From contig JBDRIO010000009.1 of NCBI GenBank assembly GCA_043815815.1, positions 75,293 through 139,292 of the forward strand: a stretch of DNA of 64,000 nt, in the 5' to 3' direction. Origin of the DNA: Candidatus Eiseniibacteriota bacterium (lineage in GTDB: Bacteria; Joyebacterota; Joyebacteria; Joyebacterales; Joyebacteraceae). Shown here piece after piece: positions 20,084 to 27,567 of this stretch. The translations under genes and the position numbers were made by a program. Every line of letters starts with the position of its first letter. Position 1 is the first letter of the stretch. The notes under the pieces were generated by a model that worked only from the letters and a program-made list of their open reading frames with translations, was not told the origin of the DNA and did not search any database.

Positions 20084-22198
20084 TCACGGACTGCAACTCA
20101 CGATCACCTTGCTTCCCGCAGCCACGCTCGCTCCGGGTCTCGGGGACTGACTCTTCACGATCCCGCTTCCCTCGAAAGAGAACACGAGACCGAGGAGGGA
20201 CGCCTCGCGCCTCGCGCGTCTGATGCTCATGCCGCGGAGGTCGGGGACCGACGCCACGTCGGCGAACTCCGTGGGAAACGCGGCGTGAACGGCGCTGCTC
20301 GCCGCTCCCGCGACGGCCGCGGTCTCGACCTCGCCGGCCGCGGACACGGCGCGTTCCGATACCCTCGCCGCCGCCGTGTCGTACGCGAACTCGTATCCGC
20401 CGCCCCGCGAGGCCGCTCTGGCGATGCCCGAGCCCCCCGGAGCGTCGCCGCGGGCGTCCGCGAAGAGGGCGCCGGAACGCTCGTCGCGCATGACGTAGCG
20501 TCTCCCGGGTCCCCTCGTGACGCGCTCGACGATCCTCGAGAAGGAGGGGGCGGCCACCTGGCCCCCGAGGCCTCTTCCCTCCGGCTCGTCGATGACGATG
20601 AGGCACACGACCTGTGGGTCGTCGGCCGGCACCATGCCGACGAAGGAGGAGACGAACTTCCCGGGCGCGAACCCCGCCGACCCCGGAGCCGTCTTCTGCG
20701 CGGTCCCGGTCTTGCCCGCCACCATGCACTCGGTGACACGGGCGTTCCTGCCGCTCCCGTCCTCGGTCACCGCCGTCAGGAGAGCGCGCAGAAGCGCCGC
20801 GGTGTCGGCGTCGATGACCCTCCTCACGGCCTTCGGACGACTCTCGGAGAGCACCCTACCGTCCTCCGCGAGCACCGCCTTGATGACCCGAGGCTCCATC
20901 AGATAGCCGCCGTTGGCCACGACGCTGTACGCGCTGATGAGCTGTAGCGCCGTCACCGCTATCTCCTGGCCGATGGCGACGGTGTGAGCGGAGCGCGCGC
21001 TCCACTCGGAGGGTTCGTGCAGCATGCCGCGGACCTCTCCCGGAAGCTCGATGCCGGTCGGGCAGCCGAACCCGAACGCCCGCGCGTACGTGTAGAGCGA
21101 GACGTCGCCGACCGCGCTTCCGATCTGCGCGAAGCAGACGTTGCTCGAGTGCGCGAGCGCGTCCCGCAGGTTGAGCCATCCGTACGGATGCACGTCGCGG
21201 ATCCGGAACTTCCTGCGCTCACCGAACACCTGTGAACCCCGCCCCGCGTAGTACACGCTCGTGAGGTCCGCCGAGCCGGTCGAAAGAGCGGCGCACGCCG
21301 TGATCATCTTGAAGGTGGAACCCGGCTCGAACTGGTCTGTTACCGGGCGGTTCTTCTGGCTCTCGGTGGAGTACCTGGTCGGGCAGTTCGGGTCGAAGGT
21401 CGGCCAGCTGGCCATGGCGAGGATGTCTCCGGTCCACGGGTCCTGCATGACCACCATGCCCGAACGGGCGCCGTTCTCGCGGACGGCGCGCTCGAGCTCG
21501 ACCTCGGCGATGCTCTGCAGGTCGAGATCGATGGTGAGCACGACGTTCGCGCCGTCTCTCGGCACGATCTTCGTGCAGGAAGGCGTGGGCGTTCTGCGGC
21601 CTGCGCTGTCGAGGCAGTGGTAGACCCACGCCTCCGACCCGGTCAGCGCCCCGTCCATCTGCGCCTCCACACCGCCGATCCCCCGGCCGTCGACGTCGGT
21701 CAGACCGAGCACCTGGCTCGCGCGCCGCGCGTGCGGGTAGACGCGCTTGCTCTCCTTCAGGAACCCGATCCCGGGAAGGTCGAGCGCGGCCAGCGCCGTG
21801 GCCTTTTCGGGCGAGAGCTGCCGCTCGATCCACACGAAGTTCTTCTCCTCGGAGAGCCTCGAGAGATAGCGGTCGTAGCTCCCCCCGAGGACGGAGGCCA
21901 GGCTCCTGGCGACGGCCCTGGGCGACTCGATCTCCGAAGGATACGCGCAGGCGGAGCGAACGGTGAGGTTGTCGGTCAGCGGTCTCATGTTGCGGTCGTA
22001 GATGATGCCTCGATCTGGGGCCAGCCGGACCCTGGCCACGTGCTGGCGCTCGGCCAGCCCGGCAAGCCGGGGGGCGTGCACCGCCTGGATGAGCACGAGA
22101 CGCAGAGCCAACAGGCCCCAGATCGAGAGCCCCACGATGAGAGCCGCCCGGACGCGCCAGGCGCCTCTGCCGCTGTTCCTATCCACCTGACCGGTCAT
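20084..22198 (-). CDS. ftsI: Class B penicillin-binding protein FtsI/PBP3 with C-terminal PASTA domain
   Basis: SxxK 'STFKMITACAAL', 'HSSNVCF', 'KTGTAQK'. TM 'ALIVGLSIWGLLALRLVLI'. The last ~55 aa, 'VPDLRGMSIRRARREASLLGLVFSFEGSGIVKSQSPRPGASVAAGSKVIVSC', fit the PASTA pattern. Start at ATG 22198 (ORF open to 22270). Confidence 0.9.
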   Translation of the reverse strand: MTGQVDRNSGRGAWRVRAALIVGLSIWGLLALRLVLIQAVHAPRLAGLAERQHVARVRLAPDRGIIYDRNMRPLTDNLTVRSACAYPSEIESPRAVARSLASVLGGSYDRYLSRLSEEKNFVWIERQLSPEKATALAALDLPGIGFLKESKRVYPHARRASQVLGLTDVDGRGIGGVEAQMDGALTGSEAWVYHCLDSAGRRTPTPSCTKIVPRDGANVVLTIDLDLQSIAEVELERAVRENGARSGMVVMQDPWTGDILAMASWPTFDPNCPTRYSTESQKNRPVTDQFEPGSTFKMITACAALSTGSADLTSVYYAGRGSQVFGERRKFRIRDVHPYGWLNLRDALAHSSNVCFAQIGSAVGDVSLYTYARAFGFGCPTGIELPGEVRGMLHEPSEWSARSAHTVAIGQEIAVTALQLISAYSVVANGGYLMEPRVIKAVLAEDGRVLSESRPKAVRRVIDADTAALLRALLTAVTEDGSGRNARVTECMVAGKTGTAQKTAPGSAGFAPGKFVSSFVGMVPADDPQVVCLIVIDEPEGRGLGGQVAAPSFSRIVERVTRGPGRRYVMRDERSGALFADARGDAPGGSGIARAASRGGGYEFAYDTAAARVSERAVSAAGEVETAAVAGAASSAVHAAFPTEFADVASVPDLRGMSIRRARREASLLGLVFSFEGSGIVKSQSPRPGASVAAGSKVIVSCSP

Positions 22199-22610
22199 TC
22201 CCGCCGGCCTCCACGTAGTCGCTCTTGGTCCAGGCCCTGCGGCCGTCGGAGGTGAGCCACACGACCTCACCGTCGGACGGGTACCGCATGCCGAGCCTCG
22301 AGCTCGCCACTTCCTCTATGCGCTCCCTGCTCTCGAGTTCCGCGCACTCCATCTTGAGGAACCCGATCTCCGCCAGGAGTTCCTCGCGGTCCTCCCTCAG
22401 GTTTTCGATTCCGGAAGCGAGTTCCGTCGAGTGGACGTGCTCCCACACGCAGATGATCCCCGTGGCCAGGGCGGCCGCCCACAGAATGAGTCCCCGCGTG
22501 TGGAGCGATGGGTGGAACCCGCCCGTTAGTCGCAGCGCGGTCGCTATCCGCTTCAGGCCTTCTCCGCGGACGCTGCGACCAACGGGTCTCCGGGGGGTTC
22601 TGCGCTTCAA
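22179..22610 (-). CDS. FtsL-like division protein (TM + coiled coil)
   Basis: Single TM 'LILWAAALATGIICVW' followed by 'ENLREDREELLAEIGFLKMECAELE'. Sits between rsmH and ftsI. ATGA overlap with the rsmH stop. Confidence 0.55.
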   Translation of the reverse strand: MKRRTPRRPVGRSVRGEGLKRIATALRLTGGFHPSLHTRGLILWAAALATGIICVWEHVHSTELASGIENLREDREELLAEIGFLKMECAELESRERIEEVASSRLGMRYPSDGEVVWLTSDGRRAWTKSDYVEAGGNDRSGG

Positions 22611-23536
22611 GGTCTCTCCCCCTGTCCGAGCCTCTCGGCCACTCGCAGCTTCGCCGAGCGAGCGCGGGAGTTCTCGGCAAGCTCAGACTGACCGGGCCGC
22701 ACGATGCGTCTGGTCAGAACGCGCAACGTCGGCACGGCCCCGCAAGCGCACTCCGGAAGCTCCCGCGGGCACGTGCAGGGATTCTCGCAGTCGAGAAAGA
22801 AGTGCTTCGTGATCCGGTCCTCGAGACTGTGATAGGAGATCACGACGATCCGTCCGCCCGGCCGCAGGATCTCCACCGCTCCCTTGAGTCCGGCCCGGAG
22901 GTTCGAAAGCTCCGAGTTGACCGCGATCCGGAGCGCCTGGAACACCCTCGCCAGCGTCTTGGTCCGCCTGGCCGGCTTGGTGGCAAGGACGGCGCCCGTC
23001 AGGTCCGACGTCGTCTCGAGACGCCCCCTGTCCCGCGCCTCGATGATCGAACGGGCGATCGGGTGCGACCGCTTCTCCTCACCAAACTCGAAGAGCACGC
23101 CGGCCAGCTCGCGCTCGCTCGAGTGAGCGATGAGGTGCAGAGCGGTCTCGCCCGTCGATCTGTCGAGGCGCATGTCGATGGGGCCGTCGCCCGAGAAGCT
23201 CAGGCCCCGTTCGGGATCGTCCAACTGCAGGGATGAGAAACCCAGGTCGAAGAGCACGCCGTCGACCTCCCGGAACCCTGACTCCGCGGCGATCTCGCGC
23301 AGCTGCGCGAAGTTCCCGTGAGCGAGTTCGTATCGTCCGCCGAACGACTCCAGGGTGTTCCTCGCTTCCGAGAGGGCAGCCTCGTCCATGTCGACGCCGA
23401 GAAGCCTTCCGGCCGGCGCGTTAAGAAGGATGGGCCTGGCGTGACCGCCTCCGCCGACGGTGCAGTCTACGTAGACGCCGTCGGTGCGAGTCACAAGGTG
23501 CTTCACCACCTCTGCGGCCATTACCGGCAGGTGCAT
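22607..23536 (-). CDS. rsmH: 16S rRNA (cytosine1402-N4)-methyltransferase RsmH/MraW
   Basis: 'HLPVMAAEVVKHL', 'YVDCTVGGGGHA', 'DLGFSSLQLDDPERGLSF'. Confidence 0.95.
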   Translation of the reverse strand: MHLPVMAAEVVKHLVTRTDGVYVDCTVGGGGHARPILLNAPAGRLLGVDMDEAALSEARNTLESFGGRYELAHGNFAQLREIAAESGFREVDGVLFDLGFSSLQLDDPERGLSFSGDGPIDMRLDRSTGETALHLIAHSSERELAGVLFEFGEEKRSHPIARSIIEARDRGRLETTSDLTGAVLATKPARRTKTLARVFQALRIAVNSELSNLRAGLKGAVEILRPGGRIVVISYHSLEDRITKHFFLDCENPCTCPRELPECACGAVPTLRVLTRRIVRPGQSELAENSRARSAKLRVAERLGQGERP

Positions 23537-23613
23537 GATCCTGACGCCATTCAGGCTATGTTGAGATACGCGTTTGAGAGGTATCTATCTACATCCGGAG
23601 GGCCAGGTGCTGG

Positions 23614-23973
23614 TCAGCTCGCGCGCAGTACGTGTGCGTGCTCCGTCCCCTCCAGAAACTCCCCGTCTTGTGCACTTCTCTCAAGGAAGCCGTAGAGCCC
23701 GGCGAACAGGAGGATGTTCCTGACGTACGGGCTCAGACCGGCCACCTTGAGATCGCCGTTGTGCGAGCGGACGAGCTCGAACTCCCGGGCGAGGCTGCCG
23801 GCGTCTCTGTAGCTGATGTGGTCGACGCCGCCGAAGTCGAGGACGATCCGCTTGCGCCTCATCTTGAGCAGACCGATGAGCTCGCGATGGAGATCTCCGA
23901 AGTCACGGGCGCTCATGCTGCCCGCCATCGAGAGGACCGCCGTCAGCCCGTTCGTCTGTGCGCGAATCGTCAC
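23614..23973 (-). CDS. Single-domain STAS protein (SpoIIAA/RsbV-like anti-sigma-factor antagonist family)
   Basis: GTG start preceded by GGGGAGAGGGA. 'RIVLDFGGVDHISYRDAGSLAREFELVRSHNGDLKVAGLSPYVRNILLFAGL' matches the STAS beta-alpha pattern (compare RsbV '[51 protein letters not shown]'). Confidence 0.75.
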   Translation of the reverse strand: MTIRAQTNGLTAVLSMAGSMSARDFGDLHRELIGLLKMRRKRIVLDFGGVDHISYRDAGSLAREFELVRSHNGDLKVAGLSPYVRNILLFAGLYGFLERSAQDGEFLEGTEHAHVLRAS

Positions 23974-24009
23974 TCCCTCTCCCCTGCCCTTCTCTCGATA
24001 CGTGGAGCG

Positions 24010-24480
24010 CTAGCTCCGCTCGTCCTGTCCGTCCTCGGGCGTCTTGATGTGCGTCGGATAGAGGCGTTCCGACGTCTGCTCGAAGGTCCGCTCGCGGCCC
24101 TTCCAGTACTCCTCGAGCTTCTCGGGACTCCAGAGTTCGAGGTGATTGATGACGCCGCCGATCACGACCTCCTTGTCGAGGCCCGCGAGTTCTCGCAGGA
24201 ACGGAGCGATGGCGATCCGACCGTGGCTGTCGATCTTCGCCTCGTCGGCGTTCATCGCGATGTTGCGCATGTAGTCCCTGGGGTCGCTCGCGGTCTGACG
24301 TAGAGCGAGGAGTTCCTCGGCCTGCTTCTCCCACTCGTCGACCGGCCAGACGTAAAGGCACCCCTCGTGGCCTCGGGTGATGACCACGCGGTCCCCCATG
24401 TCCTTGCGGTACTTCGAAGGGACGGAGAGCCTTCCCTTGGTGTCGAGCGTGTGGTAGCATGTGCCGAGGAAGCGGCGCAT
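24010..24480 (-). CDS. mraZ: Transcriptional regulator MraZ
   Basis: Two SpoVT/AbrB-like halves with 'DTKGRLSVP' and 'DSHGRIAIA'. First gene of the dcw cluster. Confidence 0.95.
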   Translation of the reverse strand: MRRFLGTCYHTLDTKGRLSVPSKYRKDMGDRVVITRGHEGCLYVWPVDEWEKQAEELLALRQTASDPRDYMRNIAMNADEAKIDSHGRIAIAPFLRELAGLDKEVVIGGVINHLELWSPEKLEEYWKGRERTFEQTSERLYPTHIKTPEDGQDERS

Positions 24481-24529
24481 AGATGCTGCTCCGGATGTCT
24501 CCCAACTACGCGGCGGGGTCGAATACTAT

Positions 24530-24554
24530 CCCACTTCTTCCCACTTCGACCCAC
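24530..24554 (-). promoter_or_regulatory. Putative MraZ operator: three direct GTGGG boxes with exact 10-bp phasing
   Basis: The minus strand reads GTGGGtcgaaGTGGGaagaaGTGGG (plus-strand CCCAC at 24530, 24540, 24550), 50-74 nt upstream of the mraZ ATG. A fourth GTGGG (24581-24585) lies in the promoter spacer, and an inverted copy at 24558-24562 forms a 9-bp hairpin (24540-24562). Confidence 0.6.
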
Positions 24555-24562
24555 GAAGTGGG

Positions 24563-24592
24563 AGACTATCGTCCGACGGTCCCACCTGTCAA
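24563..24592 (-). promoter_or_regulatory. Putative dcw/mraZ promoter (TTGACA-18-TAGTCT)
   Basis: The minus strand reads TTGACA (24592-24587), an 18-nt spacer, then TAGTCT (24568-24563). It lies immediately downstream of a terminator and upstream of the GTGGG boxes. Confidence 0.5.
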
Positions 24593-24593
24593 C

Positions 24594-24616
24594 AAAAAAA
24601 GGGGCCGTCAGGCCCC
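24594..24616 (-). terminator. Rho-independent terminator (GGGGCC-TGAC-GGCCCC + U7)
   Basis: The minus strand reads GGGGCCTGACGGCCCCTTTTTTTG. It lies downstream of the 24859 stop and upstream of the mraZ promoter. Confidence 0.75.
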
Positions 24617-24796
24617 TTATCCACGGCATTTTTCGGGCTCCCGGACCATCCGGGGGCCCGTCTGCGTCCGGCGCCGTCCCCCACCCCCAATGGTCCGCCC
24701 ATCCCACTCCTGACGGGCCCGGCGTCCCGCCCGGGGCGAGCCTCCGACGCCCGGCCGGGGGCATCTCGGAACATGAGCGCCCCCCGACGAACGAAC

Positions 24797-24827
24797 GGGC
24801 GCCCCGCACGTCACGCACGGGGCGCCC
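24797..24827 (-). terminator. Stem-loop terminator candidate after the GEVED-protein gene
   Basis: Perfect 10-bp stem GGGCGCCCCG/CGGGGCGCCC with an 11-nt loop, 32 nt after the stop. Tail 'gttcgttcgtc'. Confidence 0.5.
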
Positions 24828-24858
24828 TGGATGCTCCCACTCTCTGGCTGCGAACGGG

Positions 24859-27066
24859 CTACTTCAGGAGCAGCATCTTCCTGCTCTCTTCGACGCCGGC
24901 TGCCGTCAGTCGATAGAAGTAGACGCCGGTCGCCATCTGGTTCCCGGCCTCGTCGCGGCCGTCCCACTCGACGCTCTTCTCGCCCTCGGTCTGGCGCTCG
25001 TTCACGAGCGTCCTGACCAGCCTGCCCGCGACGTCCACGATCCGGATCTCGACGTGGCCGCCCTCGGCGGGAACGTCGTATCTGATCGTCGTCTTCGGGT
25101 TGAACGGGTTCGGAGCGTTCTGCCTGAGCTTGTAGCTCTCGGGCGTGAGCTCATCCGGCACGCCGGTCCCGTAGCCCATCTTGAGACCGAACGCCAGGTC
25201 GATCGACGCACCGGCCCACGCGTGCTGCGGCGGGTAGCGAAGCTCACTCCAGGGGCCCATGAAGGGCTCGAATCCCATGCCCCAGACCGCGTCGTCGTTC
25301 CAGTTCTGGTCCGTGGTCTTCCAACCCCACCTCGCACTGTCATCGTGAACGTACGCCTGGACGTCGAGCCAGTACACGATGGCGGAGTCCGGCATGCCGG
25401 TCTGGTGGAACGCCTCCTCCGGCGTGATGTAGAACGTGTAGAGCCAACAGATGGTGTCACCCGGGAAGTGGTAGTCGTCCGGCGGCGTCATCCAGCCCTC
25501 GCTGATCTGCTCCTGCCAGATCTCGGCTGTGTAGTCCACGCCCGCATGGAACGTCCGAAGCCACAGGACCTCTCCGGGCCTGCTGTGCTCACCTGCCGGC
25601 CCCTGGGGGATGTCCTCGTGGATGCTGAGCGTGAAGTCGACCGCGGTCGGATCCAGGTCCCACGGCAGGTAGTCACCCTCCCACGACGCCCACACGTAGA
25701 TCTCCGTCACCCTGCCTGGGGCGGTGCACAGATAGTCGTCCGCAAGAACGAAGGGACCGGGGTAAGAGACGGTACCATCGATATCGATGCCCGTGTCGTT
25801 GAGGTCGGGGCGCTGGAACCACTTCCACTCCTCGCCCTCGATGAAGATCTCGTAGTCCTCGACCTCACCGTCTGGAGCTCCCCCGGTATAGGTCGTGATC
25901 CCGTTCTGAGTGAGCCTGAACCTCGCGAACGTCTGACCCGGCGCGGCGGAGGCTGGAACCGGGAAGACCAGGTTGTTGATGACGCCGCCCGTGAGTGGAA
26001 CACCGGCGAGGACGTAATCACCGAGTTCGGCCCATCCACCGTCGCCATCGAAATCGAGCCATGCGTCGAGCACTCCGCCAAGCGAGAACGTCATGTCGAC
26101 GTCAACGGTCGCGAGGCCACCCGGGATGAGTGGCGACGTGAACACGACGCCGTCCTCATCCTGCAGGTTGTTCATGTCGTCGCCGAGCGCGTTCGGATCC
26201 GGAATGCCGTCGGGCTCCGCATCGATCAGCGCGCCCATCTGGAACCCGGGGATGATGGTGTGCGACGCGCCGCCGTTGATGGCGTACGTCGGGTAGGTCG
26301 GGTCCGGAGCGTCACCGTAGTCCTCGAGCCTCGCCTTGCTCTGGATGACGAACGCCAGGTCGATCGATTCAAGCTCCATCTGGTGCCCTAGCGGATAGAT
26401 GAGCTCGTACCAGGGGCCGAAATACGGCTCCACACCGTAGCCATACACGCCGTCGTCGTTCCAGTGGTCGAGCGAGGTCTTCCATCCGAACCAGCAGTAC
26501 GGGTCGGGCGAGTAGGCCTGAACATCGAGCCAGTAGACCTTCGGCTTCTCCTCGGTACCCTGCTGCAGGAACGCCGCGGTCTCGGGGATGGCGAAGTTGT
26601 ACTGCCAGCACACGGTGTCGCCGAACGGGTCGTAGTCCTGCGGCGGGTTGAACCAGCCCTCCTGGAGGTCGGTGGCCCACGGCTGTAGCTGAAACTCGTG
26701 AGCGTCGAACGACCGCACCCACAGCACATTGCCGGGCATGCTGTAGCCGGTCGGGCTCAACGTGTCGGGTATATCCTCGTGAAGGCTGAGCGTGAAGTAG
26801 ACCCACCCGGGGTCGCCGTCGGGGTACTGGTCGTGGAACCAGGAGCCCCAGATGTGGATGTCGGTGATGCGGCCGGTCTCGGTGCACAGGAAGTCGTCTG
26901 CGAGGATGTAGTTCGGGTCGGCCTCGGTGCAGTTGACGTCCATGCCGGTCGGCGCGAGGTCCGGAAACTGGACCCACTTCGCCGGCATCGACTCGTCCCA
27001 GTGGGCAGACGCCGTCACCGCGATCGCGAGGATGACCGTCACGACCAGGATAGAACTCGTCTTCAT
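24859..27066 (-). CDS. Secreted protein: signal peptide, duplicated ~215-aa 'KWxQxPD...ADDFxC...WxSW' domain flanking a GEVED domain, T9SS/FlgD-Ig-type C-terminal domain
   Basis: ORF open to 27297. ATG 27066 gives signal peptide 'MKTSSILVVTVILAIAVTASA'. 'APDGEVEDYEIFI' is the GEVED motif. C-terminus 'NPFNPKTTIRYDVP...VDVAGRLVRTL...WDGRDEAGNQMATGVYFYRL...KMLLLK'. Confidence 0.85.
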   Translation of the reverse strand: MKTSSILVVTVILAIAVTASAHWDESMPAKWVQFPDLAPTGMDVNCTEADPNYILADDFLCTETGRITDIHIWGSWFHDQYPDGDPGWVYFTLSLHEDIPDTLSPTGYSMPGNVLWVRSFDAHEFQLQPWATDLQEGWFNPPQDYDPFGDTVCWQYNFAIPETAAFLQQGTEEKPKVYWLDVQAYSPDPYCWFGWKTSLDHWNDDGVYGYGVEPYFGPWYELIYPLGHQMELESIDLAFVIQSKARLEDYGDAPDPTYPTYAINGGASHTIIPGFQMGALIDAEPDGIPDPNALGDDMNNLQDEDGVVFTSPLIPGGLATVDVDMTFSLGGVLDAWLDFDGDGGWAELGDYVLAGVPLTGGVINNLVFPVPASAAPGQTFARFRLTQNGITTYTGGAPDGEVEDYEIFIEGEEWKWFQRPDLNDTGIDIDGTVSYPGPFVLADDYLCTAPGRVTEIYVWASWEGDYLPWDLDPTAVDFTLSIHEDIPQGPAGEHSRPGEVLWLRTFHAGVDYTAEIWQEQISEGWMTPPDDYHFPGDTICWLYTFYITPEEAFHQTGMPDSAIVYWLDVQAYVHDDSARWGWKTTDQNWNDDAVWGMGFEPFMGPWSELRYPPQHAWAGASIDLAFGLKMGYGTGVPDELTPESYKLRQNAPNPFNPKTTIRYDVPAEGGHVEIRIVDVAGRLVRTLVNERQTEGEKSVEWDGRDEAGNQMATGVYFYRLTAAGVEESRKMLLLK

Positions 27067-27331
27067 CTCTCTCCCCTCTCGTGTCGCTCGGGGGTGGCGG
27101 GCCGGGACCTGGCCGATCCGCCACCCGGAAGTTGCGGTCTCCGGGAATTCGGGGGCCCGAAGGCCCTGGCGTTCGGTCGGGGTCCCTCCTCTCGGTGGCG
27201 GGCGTAACAGCCCGCATGGCTCGGCGCCCCGCCCGCTTCCGCGGCTCATGCCACCGCGGACCCCGGCGGAGTCGGCAATTCGTAGCTCCACATGCAACTA
27301 CATCGGTGTCGGGCCAGAAGTTGGCTCGCGA

Positions 27332-27360
27332 CTTATACCATAAGCTGCGCTGTTGCGCAA
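27332..27360 (-). promoter_or_regulatory. Putative promoter (TTGCGC-17-TATAAG) for the GEVED-protein gene
   Basis: The minus strand reads TTGCGCaacagcgcagcttatggTATAAG, in a locally AT-richer patch about 260 nt upstream of ATG 27066. Confidence 0.5.
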
Positions 27361-27435
27361 GAATAGGCTCCCGAACGAGCGTCACTCCGGATCCGACCGG
27401 GGGTCGGGTGCCAGACCGCGGGCTCGACTCTAAAG

Positions 27436-27467
27436 AGAGACCCCGCGACGGCTGTCGCGGGGTCTCT
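27436..27467 (-). terminator. Stem-loop terminator after the C25 peptidase gene
   Basis: 14-bp perfect stem AGAGACCCCGCGAC/GTCGCGGGGTCTCT with loop GGCT. On the minus strand it is followed by 'ctttagag'. About 100 nt after the stop at 27568. Confidence 0.6.
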
Positions 27468-27567
27468 GGGGGTCACGATCGCGGGTCGCTCCTGCGCTTG
27501 CTCGGGCAGACTCCGCCGCCGGGGTGGCCACGCGGACCACCTTGAAGACGGAGCGCCTCCGACGCCG

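Noticed and set aside
18531-20729. Long N-terminal extensions of real genes in the ORF track: murE to 20729, murG to 13955, OMF to 44305, IMPase to 45332, M16 from 45083, GEVED protein to 27297, C1 protease to 54787, PAP2 to 48947.
   Set aside because: The extensions overlap the upstream gene or intergenic promoters and terminators, and are Arg/Pro/Gly-rich. Homology, signal peptides and SD sequences all begin at internal start codons, so the starts were trimmed.
23564-23586. AGATAC/GTATCT inverted repeat in the AT-richer STAS-rsmH spacer, as a possible operator or internal promoter.
   Set aside because: The arms are only 6 bp, and no convincing -35/-10 pair could be placed. It is mentioned only as context for the STAS finding.
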